DNA of 64,000 nucleotides from Callorhinchus milii. Lineage: Eukaryota. Made by a program: the position numbers and the translations under genes. Below, piece by piece: positions 27,776-41,150 of this stretch. Positions within the stretch are counted from its first letter, which is position 1, and every line of letters begins with the position of its first letter. The notes below the pieces were generated by a model. That model ran no database searches, was not told the DNA's origin, and saw only the letters and a list, made by a program, of their open reading frames with translations. The stretch covers positions 79,176,001-79,240,000 of the forward strand of contig NW_024704743.1 in the NCBI RefSeq assembly GCF_018977255.1. Reading direction: 5' to 3'.

Positions 27776-28014
27776 GTAAGGGTTAAACATTTTCCTCCTT
27801 CATTGGGAAATATGATATCAATCTAGCTCAATTGGTAGCTGACGCATTTCTGAGTCAGAAGGCTGTGGCTTCAAGCTTTATGTTATGACTTTGCGGATGC
27901 TAGGCGGGCAATCCTGTGCAGTGTTGGGTTGTACTGCATTGTTGAAGGTTCCAATCTTTGCATGAGATGTTAAATCGAGATTCTGTTCGGAGCTGCCCCA
28001 GAACTGTTTTGGAT

Positions 28015-28895
28015 GAGTGGTTCTTTTTGGGGTTTAGGATCCATTTGTAAACCTTGAATCCCTAGCCCTGACATTAATAATTCCTACTTGCAACAGGACA
28101 GTTTAAAAATGTCACTGACGACAAGTCGTGCTTCACTGACTAAAATATGCTCCAAACTCTCCTGCAGTAAAATAAAATAATAATAATCCTTGTATTTGTT
28201 ATAGCAGCTTTCAGGTCATCGCTTCACAGGAATTGTAAAGTAGATTGACTGTGATGGAAAGTTGCATTTGACTGAATGATCACTGGCACCGGTGTTGGTT
28301 AAATAACTTTATTACAGAGCTTCTGACCAACAATTACAGGTTCTAAATTCTCAACATTTCACAAAAGCCGCTCCGCTGTTTTATTAATTCACAGTAATTT
28401 TTGACCGGCCAAGACAAGTTGCTAACCACCTTTACAATCACCATCAGTTCTTGAACCAGAAGCTCATGCACACAGTTAAAATGCGGTGCAGCATTAGTGG
28501 CATTTTTTTTAGAAAAGCAAAACCCAATCTCCCAGCTACCAGACTAATAGGGGGGGAGATCTGATCCGGCAAAATGGATTTTCCGGCTAACTGCTAATCC
28601 TAATCCCTAATATTAACAATATATTTTTAAAATTCTCCCGAACATTTAAAATTAAAAGCTAAGTTTTAAATAAAATAGACAAAAGAAACAATAGTTTCTG
28701 ATGTGGTGCAGCGCAATTGATGCCCTCAGCTAAACCAATCAGTATCAAGCTGTGGGCATCACATGGGTTGGCGGGAGTTTGAAAACATGCGGTGGAGTTT
28801 TGAATCACAGAATTGTGGAATTTGTATTCCGAATTACTTGGAGTTGTGACCTTTTGACACAATTTTGGGTTTCAAACCACAGGTTGAGAACCCTG
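28015..28895. mobile_element. Probable hAT (Charlie-type) non-autonomous element
   Basis: Left GAGTGGTTCT, right CCACAGGTTGAGAACCCTG (CAGTGGTTCTCAA-type TIR); right flank GCCTAGAG fits nTCTAGAn, left flank TTTTGGAT fits only loosely. Confidence 0.5.
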
Positions 28896-29175
28896 GCCTA
28901 GAGTGTCCCAACGTGGGGCTTGAACTCACAACCATCTGCCTCAGATGACATGATGGCAACGTTTTATTTGGAAGTGAAAGCTGAACTTCTTTCAAAGAAT
29001 GATTAAGTTCTTACAGTAGGCTCCTTACATTTTAATATTTGTTCTACATTGTCTCAGGTAAACTGACCAATTTAAGTAGCCATTGCTCAGATTATGAAGG
29101 TGTGTGATATTATATTGTAAAGTTGCATTGTTGCTTTAATTGCTATTGTCATTAATATCAAATTGTACTTTTCAG

Positions 29176-29250
29176 CTGCACAATCTTAGCCACAATGTCA
29201 TCTTCACTTTGGATTCATTATTAAAGGGAGACCTAAAAGATGTCAAAGGG
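29176..29250 (+). CDS. ASAP1: ASAP1 coding exon (BAR), 75 nt, LHNLSHNVIFTLDSLLKGDLKDVKG
   Basis: cttttcag|CTG...GGG|gtaagt; translation matches ASAP1. Confidence 0.96.
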
Positions 29251-29869
29251 GTAAGTTCATGTATTTAATGAATTAATGGTACACCCACTAGATGCACAAG
29301 ATGCCCACTGCATGCACAAGAGTGTTATAACCAAGAACTGCATTATAGCATTGCATTTAGGGTTGATGTCATAATCTTAAGTAATGGATGGCTTCAAATA
29401 TTAGATATCGACGGGATTTCATGCTTTTTTGTAAGGAATTCTATTTATATAGCACTAAATGTTTTTTTAATAGAAGGGTTACATTAGGCTGAAACAGCCT
29501 TCGTCTCAGGAATCTGCAGTTGAATAATATGCAAAACGCTATTGTTAAAGCCAACTCCTTTTGGTAACTGTGACAGAGCTGCATGAAATAAGTCCTCCAG
29601 TAACAGATATGAATTTTGTTGTCCAGAGTCACATTGCTGATTCGTGGAAAATGGAAATACCACATTGATGGTGCAGAATTCTTCTGAGGTTTATAATACA
29701 CAGGTACCTCACTCTGTATCTGGTTCATGCATACCAAACTTGAGATGAAGTTGTTAAAGAGAACCAAATATCAGAAAAGGGTTCTTCACTGTTTATCCCA
29801 CACCTTCAAGGGAGCAAAAAGTAATTTAAGAATGGAATCAATGGTTTTGGATCACAAGAGGAGTTTGCT

Positions 29870-30445
29870 GCGACCAGGGCTCCCTGTGCCTCCTTGATCT
29901 CTCTGCTGCCCTTCACACCTTCGACACTGTAGAGCTCTCTATTCTTCTTGATCGCTTCTTCCCTCTCATTACCTCCGTGGCACTGCCTTGATTCCAATCA
30001 GTTCTACTTGATGATAATCCTTCTAATATTCCTTGCATTTGATATTGAACTGCATGTCTTTGAGACATCTCAAAGAGCTTCACAGGTAAAGATACTGCAA
30101 AGTGGATTGACTGTCTTTTGTGGACGAAACACTGCAGCCAGATACCACTACTTTGTTTCCTCCAATGGCTTTTCCTCCCTCACCTGCTCAATCCCTCACA
30201 TGCTATAGTCTAAACAGCTAAAAGCGCCAAGCTTTTAGCTGGTTAGACTCCAGCAGTACTTCAATACACACACTGGGGTCCCCAAGCCTTGGTTCTTACC
30301 TACCTGTGCCTAATACTTTCCCAAATTAGGTAAGCAGTTGTGGTAAACCTCAGGGTTCTATTTGCTGTCTCCTGTTCCTTGTATACATATTTCTCCTTGG
30401 TGATATTATCTGCAAACATGGAGTTAACTTTCATTGCGGTGATCA
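29870..30445 (+). mobile_element. Old L2 RT fragment split by a SINE tail (about 30010-30140, minus) and an unclassified element (about 30207-30338)
   Basis: LLDLSAA-FDTV-like start; resumes TGTGGTAAACCTCAGGGTTCTATT (CG-PQGSI). Confidence 0.7.
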
Positions 30446-30999
30446 CAATGGCAAGTTGAATGGGTTTAGCTGGTTAAATGAGTCCTTGAAAGGGTCCCAA
30501 GCTTTGGCTCTTGCCAATCTGCATCTAAACTTTCGGGGATTAGGTAAACAGGATCGATCCTTCAGAAAGAGACGATTCACTCCACACCGGGTAAAGAGAA
30601 ATTTCCATAAGTATGTATAACTTAGTAGCTTGATTTGGATACGGTTAACAACAACAAATTATATTTGCATAGTGTCTTTCACGTCGGCAGGACGTCCCAA
30701 GGAGAGAAGCATGTTGAAGGGATTCCGGGTGCGTCAGACACCTAGCTGACCATGCTCCTTTTTCCTGTAGTGGTAAATGGCTGCGCAGTTTAATTATCAC
30801 CACCTACATTTCAAAGTAACGTGTGAATAGTTTTTAATTATCTTGAGTAATTAACAATAAACAAGTTGAAACCCAGTTTTCTAGAACTGACCTCCGTTTT
30901 CATTGTTATTAATCAATCATTTTATGGCTGTTTGTGAGATATTGCTATGTACAAATTGGCTGCCACAATCAGTTACAAAATGTACAGTCATTAGACATC

Positions 31000-31123
31000 A
31001 ACAACAACAAGATTCCATTTCTAGAGCGCCTTTCACATCGGGAGGACGTCCCAAGGCGCTGTACAGTTGGGTCAGGACCCGAGCAGGGGGGAAATGGTCA
31101 GGGTGAGGGGAGGGAAGGGAGGG
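31000..31123 (-). mobile_element. Young 5'-truncated L2 3' UTR inserted into an old SINE tail
   Basis: Near-identical reverse complement of the 3' UTR at about 55620-55786. Confidence 0.9.
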
Positions 31124-31284
31124 CTTCACAGGATTAAATCCTGTGAAGCCCATTGAGTTGTTTCAGGGATGTGATAAGACTCTATATCAAACACAAGAAC
31201 TTTTTTTATTGTTCTAACACTTTGTTCCACAAATAAATTTGCACTTGTAATTTTGCAAACACACTTCCTAAATTTAGATGCGCT

Positions 31285-31634
31285 ATAATAATAATAATCC
31301 TTGCATTTGATATAGGGCCTTACCACGTCTTTGAGATGTCAACGTGCTTCACAGATTATACTGTAAAGTGAATTGACTGTATTTTGTGGGCGAATTACAC
31401 ATAGCATTGTCTACAAACACTCGTGGGTTGAAGTGAGCAATTTATTTTTTGAAGGAATTATTACCCCCTGGAAAAGTGATCTGCCAATCGACTAACATCC
31501 GGATTCCTACTTACTGCTAGGTAGACAGAAGTGTGTGGAGTAAGGAAACTTGCCAAACATTTCGCCCTGCCCAGGAATTGAACCCAGGTCTCTCCCATGC
31601 GAGGAGAGTGCTCCAGCCACTGAGCTACAGGACT
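31285..31634 (-). mobile_element. tRNA-derived SINE, long subfamily
   Basis: Collinear with 5877-6267. Confidence 0.9.
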
Positions 31635-31893
31635 ATATGGGGAAGCCTATTATATCAGTGAAGAAATCAGCCAGAGGGCAGGCACCTCCCCCGAGAAAGA
31701 GATTTTTACTGTGCTATTTTTGCATATCTTGTAGCATCAGCGAAAGAAATCTTAATTAGGGAATGTGTGATGTTATACACCGAGGACTTTTTATTACAAA
31801 AAAGATTTTTCTGAAGTATGCATTCTGTAAAGTAATAATTCTAAAATGTTTATTGATAAATTTATTTTTAATGAAACTATCTTTCATTTTCAG

Positions 31894-31943
31894 GATCTGA
31901 AGAAACCTTTTGACAAAGCATGGAAGGATTATGAAACAAAGTT
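31894..31943 (+). CDS. ASAP1: ASAP1 coding exon (BAR), 50 nt, DLKKPFDKAWKDYETK(F)
   Basis: tcattttcag|GAT...AAGTT|gtaggt. Confidence 0.96.
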
Positions 31944-32961
31944 GTAGGTATTTGAAGTGAAGTGTAAAAGTTGTATGGAATTTTTGTTTTAATTTTGTTG
32001 ATTATCTGATTTTAGCATTAATGTATTGTTGACTGGCTGACTGACTTAATAAAAGTCAGCTAAAAATTGGGAATTTTAATAAACAAAATACAATCTCCAT
32101 AAGTCTTGTTAGAGTGTGAATTCACTTTGAACATGGGTTCACGATGGATCCATGGTTACTGGAACTGTTAGTGCTAGAAACATGTTCGAGAGTGGTTGAA
32201 GCTGACCACCCCTGCAAGTCATTGCCACCATCTGTATTCATGTAATGTGATATCTAATTCTTTTTCGATCTTTTCAATAATAGTTGCCTTGTATGTTGTC
32301 ATATTTCTGGATTATTTAATGTAGCTATATCTTGAGTAGAATACCATGTGAACACACACTGACTATCCACATTTCAGAGGTCAAGTTGTGAGAATGTTTG
32401 GTTGCATGCAAGGTTACCAAGTTCGTTATGTTTCCTAATCTTCAAATATCAGTGTCAGGTTGAGATATCCAGTGCAGTCAACCACAGGGTTAGAGATGCA
32501 AAAAGTGCATAGAGCCACATACATATACACAAACCAAGAAAGCCATGTACACAAACACCTACATACCCAGACTGAGAACTGATATCTGCTCTGTCTTCAT
32601 ATCCACAGCAGATTCCAAATTGTTACAGATATCGGGCTTTCGATTGGTTTGATATTTCCTTTTAATTTTAGGATTTTTTAATTCTACAGATCTTTTTGAT
32701 AAATAAATTTGGTGCAAAACAAAGTGTTGGTTTGAGATCTCACAGAACAGCAATTTCTTGTTAATCTATTGTCGATTGTACTTCTAGTTTTGTGCTAAAG
32801 GATTTTTTTTAGTCCATTGTTCTTTCCAGAAAATGGGTTGTCTTATGACTTTTAAATATAACCAAGGTAGTAAGCAACATTGTTCAATGAAAAGCAACTG
32901 TGAAGACCATTTTGTTATTGCATATAAACTGAGGGAAAATTGATTTGACCTTTGTTAACAG

Positions 32962-33091
32962 TGCTAAAATTGAAAAAGAGAAAAGAGAGCACGCAAAGCA
33001 ACATGGAATGATTCGGACTGAAATCACTGGCGCTGAAATTGCAGAAGAAATGGAGAAGGAGCGACGACTCTTTCAGCTTCAGATGTGTGAG
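32962..33091 (+). CDS. ASAP1: ASAP1 coding exon (BAR), 130 nt, AKIEKEKREHAKQHGMIRTEITGAEIAEEMEKERRLFQLQMCE
   Basis: tttgttaacag|T GCT...GAG|gttaga. Confidence 0.97.
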
Positions 33092-34356
33092 GTTAGATAT
33101 GTTCATGCTTTCTGTATATAATAAAAGCCTATTCATGCGTAAGGCACAAGTATATTTTGAGCATATGCCTGCTGGGCAGTGATGCTGGGACTGCAGTTAG
33201 CATTGTCGTCAATTGGCCATGTAGAGAAAAATTCCACTGAGGTCCTGCTTCGAACAGCTGCCAGTGTAAACATACTTTCCATGAGATGTCTTCAGGAGAA
33301 GGGCTGAAAGAATAAAATTTGGTGGAAGTGATTTTTAACACGTATCAATTTAGCTAAATCAAATCTTACTAAACAGCCCGTTTTGCATTTTGTAATCTGT
33401 TGGAACTCTGGCTACACAGTCATTTTGTTTAACTTTCATCAAAGAGGATCCAAGTTTATTTTTTCATGTGTTCAATCAATTTGGGCTATCTTGCAAATTT
33501 TGCATCATGCCAGAATGAAAGTTTGTTTTCTTCAAATCTAACTGTTGAGTCAACCTTGATTGGTAAGTTTTAAGAATGGCACTTGTTATGATATAGCCTA
33601 ATTTGAAAATGAGCAACATATCTGAAATGCAAATTTAACAAAGTCGTTAAGGTGAAGGTGGTGAATCCTTGTGCTCTGAAAGTTCAATATATTTGAAAAT
33701 ATGTAATCACAACATGGCAGTGATCAGGTCAATTCATGAAGAAGGAAACCACACAGACAATGAATGAATTTGTCGTAAGCCGTGGGAACCTGGCAGAACT
33801 GGACAGATGAATGCATCTGCAGACCTTGAAGGGTTAATTTCCCCCCTACTGATTACATTTGTGTTGATTTGTTACCCAAATCTTTAAAGGATCTAAGAGG
33901 CTTAAAACCTGCAATGTTATCTAGACTTCAAAATAAATTTGTGCCAGAATTGATCTGATTTCCAACAAAAATGAAACGCAGTAGAGTATTTTACTGCTTG
34001 AATGATGTTTTCATTAGCTAGGGTAATCTGTATTGTACAGGGAAATGTGTTCTCATTGTGCAGCACCTTGAAGTGATTGTGTTCTGAAGGTGTTTCTGTG
34101 CTAATACAATTAACCATGTCATGTCCACTTAATGTTTTTATAAAATAGATTGTACCATTATTAGGTAATGTGGCCCAAACATAATTTGAAGTAAAACCGC
34201 ATCAAGTCTTTCTTGGGTCACTGCAAGGGAAATTGTTTTGAAAGTTAATTATTATAATATTTTGCAGTTGATGATGATTTCTTCCAGATGTTAAACAGCC
34301 CAGGACCAGTTATTAACAGTTCACTAATATTTTATTTTTGTTTTTTCTTTGCTCAG

Positions 34357-34442
34357 TATCTCATTAAAGTAAATGAGATCAAGACAAAAAAGGGTGTGGA
34401 TTTGCTCCAGAACCTCATCAAATATTACCATGCTCAATGCAA
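34357..34442 (+). CDS. ASAP1: ASAP1 coding exon (BAR), 86 nt, [28 protein letters not shown](N)
   Basis: ttctttgctcag|TAT...TGCAA|gtaagt. Confidence 0.97.
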
Positions 34443-34871
34443 GTAAGTTAAGAATTCAAAAACTTTTCTCCTTTTGTTTTTGCTTTCTCCTTGTGCATGC
34501 ACTTGTGCGTGTCTTTTTCCATAAAAATGTTTTGCGCTGGCATTTCAATTTTAGGAAAAATTGTGTGCCTTGTTACAACCTGTGACGATTTAGAAAGCTT
34601 TTCTCCGACTTCACGGCCTGACTTGCCCTCTATATTGTAGCCCAATACAGATAAGCATACAAACAATTGGCTGCTGCATTCCCCATACAATACATTTGAT
34701 ACACCTCATATAATAATAATAATAATAACCTATACTATATACGATGAAGCATTTTGAGATATCCTCGCAATGTGACAGGTACTATATCAGATGTAATTCT
34801 TATTAAGAGCACAGTTATTTAGCATGTGGATAAGTGGCAGTCCAGCTTAATGATTATCGAATGTTTTGCAG

Positions 34872-34947
34872 TTTTTTTCAGGATGGCTTAAAAACTGCCG
34901 ATAAACTGAAGCAGTACATTGAAAAATTGGCTGCTGATTTGTATAAT
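34872..34947 (+). CDS. ASAP1: ASAP1 coding exon (BAR), 76 nt, FFQDGLKTADKLKQYIEKLAADLYN
   Basis: gttttgcag|T TTT TTT CAG...AAT|gtaagt. Confidence 0.96.
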
Positions 34948-35874
34948 GTAAGTATTTTATTTACAACCTAAAGTTTATTGCAACACCAATTGAATGTGTT
35001 ACATACTCAATTACATAAGTAGATGCCATATTGGTAAATTGTTTTTACTTAATCAGCAAAAAGTGGACTGATATGTTAAGTGTTTCTTGCTTGGCTAGTT
35101 TGGATTGTTACCAATTTCACAGCTCATTAAAACCAATATCCTCGTGTTTCCTTCAGTTAGAAGTGATTATTCTATTTTGTCCTCCTTGGCAAACAGAGTT
35201 CAAATGTAGTACACAGCAAGGTGACTCAAAGCTCCTCTTTCCTTGGGGCTTCCACTTTCTTGATGAGAGCTATAGTAAAACTGACGTGCTATAATCTCTT
35301 GAATAAGCTCTACCGAGTAGAACAATTGGTGAAAGCAAAAATGCATCATCAGAATAAATGTTGCATTTGAAAAAGGAAGATGACCAAAGGCACAATCAGA
35401 GAAAGAGGTGAGAGAGAGGGCTAGTCAGAAGGACACTAGGGATGGATTTCCAGAGAATGGGGACAGATAGACTGAAAGCACAACTACTGATGGTGGGGCA
35501 GGTAGGGTTGGATTGGGGGGGTGGACATGAAGTAGGATAGTGCCTGCTGATCATATCAAATGTAAAGTTTTTTTAATGTAAGTTGTTCAATAGGTTGTCA
35601 TTTCAAATGTTTCCTTGGTAAGGAAGCCAGAATGTATTCCTAAAGTTAGCATACTGACTCCTAGACACCACAGGGTTCCTCTTTAAAGAATTCTGTTAGA
35701 ACTTAACACATACTGTATTTTTTTAGAGGAATGTAGCTGTCTAATGGGGCCCTGATATTTTCATATTTTAAAATCTGGTATCCATGTATTAGTTAAGTTT
35801 ATTTACTTCATGGCTGATTCTGGGACATTGCTGTGTGCAAACCGGCTGCTGTGTTTGCCCACAAAACAAAAGCA

Positions 35875-36657
35875 AAGAAGTTCTGCTAAACCTTTATAAG
35901 TCACTGGTTGGGCCTCAGCTGGAGTATTGTGTCCAATTCTGAGCACCACACTTTAGGAAGGATATCAAGGCCTTGGAGAGAGTGCAGAAGAGATTTACCA
36001 GAATAGTACCAGAGATGAGGGACTTTTGTTGCGTGGAGAGACTAGAGAAGCTGGAATTGTTCTCGTAGAACAGAGAATGTTAAGGGGGGATTTAATAGAG
36101 TTGCTCAACATTTTGAGGGGTTTTGGTAGAGCAGATAGGGAGAAATTGTTTCCACTGGCATGTGGGTTAGAAAGGGGTGACATAGATTTAAGATAATTGG
36201 CAAAAAAACCAGAGGGGAGATGAGGGGAATTTCTTTTTTACACAGAGTTATTACGGTCTGGAATGCACTGCCTGAAGGGATGGTGGAAACCGATTCAATA
36301 ACAACTTTCACTAGGGAATTAGATAGGTACATGAAAAGGAAAAATTTGCAAGGATATGGGGTAAGTGGAGGGGAATGTGACTGATTCGGTAGCTCTTCCA
36401 AAGAGCTGGCACAAGCATGATGCGCCAAATGGTCTCCTTCTGTGCTGTAAAAAAATAATAAATTGGTCATTTTCAATCCACGACTGTTTGTGGGACACTG
36501 CTGTGCGCAATTGGCTGCCGCATTTCGCCCACAAATATACAGTCAATTCACTTTACAGCATATTCTGTGAAGCGCTTTGAGACATCTAGAAGACGTGAAA
36601 AGCGCTATATCAAATGCAAGGATTATTATTATAATATTCTATGATTCTGTTCTATGA
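35875..36657 (+). mobile_element. CR1 3' fragment with a SINE 3' half inserted in its tail
   Basis: CCTCAGCTGGAGTATTGTGTCCAATTCT...; tail CCTTCTGTGCTGTAA[SINE 36449-36632]ATTCTATGATTCTG. Confidence 0.9.
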
Positions 36658-36894
36658 AAAAAACAGTCACTACACTTTACAATCAATCCTTGTGAACTAC
36701 TTTGAGACATCCTTCCAACATGAAAGGCACAATACCAAATGTAAGGATGGCTATAGATACGACCACCCTATCTATTAGTGCTCAGCAGAGTTAAAAATGT
36801 GTGCTTTCAGGTCTCATTGAGGAGCCAGATAGCCTATTCAACAATCTACAGTGCATTGGATTTCTGCATACCCTGCTGTCTTAAAACAATATTT

Positions 36895-37182
36895 AGAATA
36901 CATTAGAATATATAGCACAGAAACAGGGCATTCAGCCCAACTGGTCTATGCCGGTATTATGCTCCACATGAGCCTCCTCCTGCCCTTCCTCGACTAAGCC
37001 TTCAAGCATAACCTTCTATTCCTTTCTCCCTCATGTACCTATCTAGCTTCCCCTTGAATACGTCTATGATATTTGCCTCAACAACTCCTTGTGGTAACAT
37101 GTTCCACATTCCCACCACTCTCCTTGTGAAGAAATTTCTTGTAACTTCCCTATTTGATCTATTTGTGACTATTTTATATTTA
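36895..37182 (-). mobile_element. CR1 3' end fragment
   Basis: TAGAATACATTAGAATATATAGCACAGAAACAGGGCATTCAGCCC is the reverse complement of a CR1-type tail. Confidence 0.8.
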
Positions 37183-38039
37183 AACCCCCTCTGAGCCAGT
37201 TGAGCTCCAGGAGTCAGTGCAATCTTGCAAACAGTGGCGTGGTTTCATTACGAAATTGATGAACTGAACTCCAGTAGTACTGCACATGGCATAGCTTGCC
37301 ATTGAGAGCAATATCTACCAAGTTTTTCCACTGCTTGTCCAGTTTGGATCCCCCTAACCATTAGGGCCTTGGCTTGCAGGGTTAATGGGAGCTGAGTGAG
37401 AAGAATTGTTGTTCCCAGTGACAGGTCTGGCCCTCTAAATCTTGCTGATGAGCAGGCTTTGCTGGGTTGTCATCATCATTGACTGGCATACTGTGGACCC
37501 TTGTAGCTTGGAACCAGACTACCTTGTGGGGTTAATTGTTCTTAAGCAAAACTCTTTATCCGCTGTGAAATAATTCACAATGAGAAAACAAATGGCTCCC
37601 GTCCATCTCTGTCAGGAAAAATAAAGTTAAATTCTGTTTAATTAAATATAGTCATCATAGTAATCTCAGGGAGCCCTGACTCCTCCTTCAACTATTACAG
37701 AAAAAGTGCCAGATATTTCCTGGCGAAGTTCCGTTCATTTCAGTAGGGGTCAATTCTTTGGACCAGCCCAGAAGCTAATCTGATACCTTGGAAAACACTC
37801 GAACAGCAATACTTAGCATGTAGTGTTAGCAGCGACAGTGATGTTGTTTTGTTGTATACTTTTAGAATTCAGGAAATACTTTGAATAGTAGGTATTTCTC
37901 CAAATTTGCTTACTCTTTTAATTCTTTAGTTGCAATGCGATATATATCAAATTGCCCTTAAGTTTAACCCGTTTTGTCATTGATGTAGGTTCATAGAAAT
38001 TTTACATTCTGCTACCAGGACATTTCAGTACATTTCACA

Positions 38040-38370
38040 CGTGGTCTAACTTCTTCCCATGTTCTGTGATCTCTGTGATCTCACTTCTCCCTACCTCTGG
38101 AACATCCTTCACCCTTACCAACCCGGCCGTTCCCTTCGCTTGGCTGACGCTAGTCCCCTTCACTATCCGCCCCACAATCGGCGGAACTCCATTCCCTGGA
38201 ACTCCATTCTCAGGTCCTTCTCCTCTTTCAAGCTGTACTCCAAAACATACCTTTTTGACTGCACCACCTCCCTCATCTTCCACCCTCAGCTCCGGTGCTC
38301 ATGTAGAATTGTTCAGTGCTTTAGGATATCCTTCCGACGTGAAATGTGCTATAAAAGTGTAAAATTGTAC
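38040..38370 (+). mobile_element. Old L2 3' fragment
   Basis: SSFKLYSKTYLFD; tail GGATATCCTTCCGACGTGAAATGTGCTATA. Confidence 0.75.
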
Positions 38371-38423
38371 TGTGTACCTTTTAATAGCTGACAAAAGACA
38401 GTTGAAAATGTTGGTCTCCACAG

Positions 38424-38510
38424 ATAAAGCAAACGCAGGATGAAGAAAAAAAGCAACTCTGCACACTTCGAGACATGCTCAAATCATCATTACAACTTGA
38501 ACATAAAGAG
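38424..38510 (+). CDS. ASAP1: ASAP1 coding exon (end of BAR), 87 nt, IKQTQDEEKKQLCTLRDMLKSSLQLEHKE
   Basis: gtctccacag|ATA...GAG|gtaggt. Confidence 0.96.
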
Positions 38511-38814
38511 GTAGGTGTATCTGAAATATATTATTTATTGCTTTATCTCATAAAATGAACAAAATACCACAAGTTATAGGTGAGAGGGATAATAATGTGT
38601 TTCATATACCTAATGTATTATGCCATTTCTTCATTCTCTGCTTGTAAATTTAAAATAACTTTGACTTGCATAAAACTAGATTTGTCTCATAAAAGCTCTT
38701 GTAAACGTAGCATTAAGTAGATACATTGTTTTTCCCTAATGACACTTTGAAATACGAAGGATAATTGATTTGATTCTGTTTTCATACAGAATAGCATTTG
38801 TTATCTTACATTTT

Positions 38815-39184
38815 AAGTTTGTCATTATTGTTGAAGCTCTATACCCCCATCACACTGGTCCTCACCAGGCTCCACTTACTCCCTGTCTCAGAACGGATTG
38901 ACTTCAAGATCCTCACACTTGTCTACAAATCCTTTCGTATCCTGGCACCTGCCGACCTCTCCAACCGATTGGCTGGCTCCAAACTCCTGCTTGTCCCTGC
39001 TTTCAGGCACTACACCCCGAAACTTTGGAATTCTCTCCCTCAATCCATCCACTTGGCCCCCTCCTTCCCCATTTTCAGATCATGCCTGAAGACCTTCCTC
39101 TTTGACTGTGCTTACACTACTGTTAAACGCTCCGAGACACTACCCTGCATAAATAAGCGTTCTAATTGCATTTTGTTGTTGTTG
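38815..39184 (+). mobile_element. L2 3' fragment (second-type tail)
   Basis: ITLVLTRLHLLPVSERIDFKIL, LWNSLP, LKTFLFD. Confidence 0.85.
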
Positions 39185-40881
39185 AAGATTGAACTATGAA
39201 TATCCTATTGTTTAAAAATGTAATAGATGATTTTACTAAATAGGTTGGCCTAAAATATATCTGTAATGCGTCCCAATATCTTGAGTAATTTAGTTGCTAT
39301 TTAACATGAAATATTTTCAAAGCAACTTTTATTCTCCACTCGTCCTTTTTTCTCCACTTCATGAGTGCCAGGAATCCTTGACACCTCACCCAAATGGTCA
39401 TTTATTTTGTGTGATCCTAGGTGATGAGTTATGCAAACCATTCAACCATGGAGAGAGCCATGATTGTGGCTCACATTCATATGCACAGTTTTTACCAGGA
39501 GTCATTTGTAAGAGATTAGCAGCAAAAAGTCATTCTGATGTATTTGTTCCTTCTATCTTGGGCACTGAAGCCAATTTGTATCACTCCTGCTGCTATTGTG
39601 GCTCAGATAAAGTAATTCAGCATAGACCAGGGAATTGGTCTGCGTGGCTTAGTGACTCATCGGTAGGCCTTTATCCAGTAGGCCATCAGGGAACCTTCCG
39701 AGATTTTGTTTTGGGTCTCAAATGTAATTGTACTTAGTTAGAAATTTTTATTTTAGACGAACCATTTTAGTAAAAAATTACTAAGCTTGCTCACAACAGT
39801 GCTAGCCACCACTACTCCACAGATGGATCACGTGTAGCATTAACCGTACAGATCTGAAAGCTAAAGATTTTCTTCTCTAGTTTGCCCTTAAGTAGCTAAC
39901 CATAGTTGGTTATTGAAGTTAGCTTTGGAATCGACATGAGTCAGGATTTCTGTTCTTAATTGCTATCCAGTGACTCAAGCATGAAAGTACATCTCAGCTG
40001 GGCACAGGATCTAATTTAGCTATGATTTTCTTCCTCTTTCCCCATGGTCAGGTACGTCACCAAAATTCATTCTCTACTCACATATGAAAATTGCACTTAG
40101 GCAAGATACCATCAACTCTTTTTGGTTGTGTGAATGAGACTGTCCCCGAGTTAGTCAGAATATTCAGGAGAAAAGAGAAAAAAAAAACTTTGTTTTTTCA
40201 GCTGTTGCTAAGTTCCACTTTCTCCCAACGGATCGACTTCAAGGTCCTCACATCCTCATCTAAAAATTAGTTTACATCATAGCATCTCCCTACTTCTGTG
40301 AGCTTCTCTCCTACCCAACTCCTAATTACCCCCTTGACATGACTAATTGGGGCCTGTTGTATGAAGGATGCTGTAAAAATGCAAGTTATTCCAAGTTAAA
40401 TGCAACCAGCGCCTTGGGATGTCCTCCCGACGTGAAAGGCGCTCTATAAATGGAATCTTGTTGTTGTTATTGTTGTTTGGCTTGTTCTACCTTTACAGAG
40501 TGGAAAAATTCCCTTGTACATTTTACAATTCTACTTTTAGATTATTTTTAACGTAACTTATGATACAGTGTAGCCCCAGTGTGACATAATGTTTGAAATC
40601 TATGAAATGGATCTGCGCTATAATGAGCACGATAGCTTGTTTCATGCATTATGAGGTTGCCCTGTACAGTACTGTTTTTTCCCCATTAATTGTTATGAGT
40701 GTCATGATTGATCCCTCTTTATTTAGGAAAAAATTGCAAAACAATCCAATTATTTTGCTTTTCTATTTTTTAATATTATTTGAATGCTGATAATGCATTG
40801 GGAGAACTAACAAAAAGAATAACTGAGCCACTATGAGTAAGAGGAAAGGAAGAAAGGAACTCCCTTCTCTTTGCAAATAAT

Positions 40882-41150
40882 GTCAGTCTGGCTCAGTTGG
40901 TAGCACTCTCGCCTCTAAGTTGAAAGATTGTGGGTTCAAGTCCCATGTCTGAACTCGTACAGTCTAGGATGACAATCCAATGCAGTGCTGGGGTTGTGCT
41001 ATATTTTTGGAGGCACTGTCCTTTGCTGCCTCGGTTATACTGAGATCCCATTTGCCTGTTTTAGGTGGATATTATTCAAATACTATTTAAAAAGAGAGGG
41101 AGTTTCTCCTGATGTGCTGGCCAACAATCCCACAGATAAAATTGGTATAT
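40882..41150 (+). mobile_element. Old DeuSINE 5' part
   Basis: GTCAGTCTGGCTCAGTTGGTAGCACTCTCGCCTCT...GTGGGTTCAAGTCCCA. Confidence 0.8.

Noticed and set aside
38511..38560. In-frame donor extension like the VGGLYV... insert I recall from mouse ASAP1
   Set aside because: Reads VGVSEIYYLLLYLIK then stop, with no usable downstream in-frame donor
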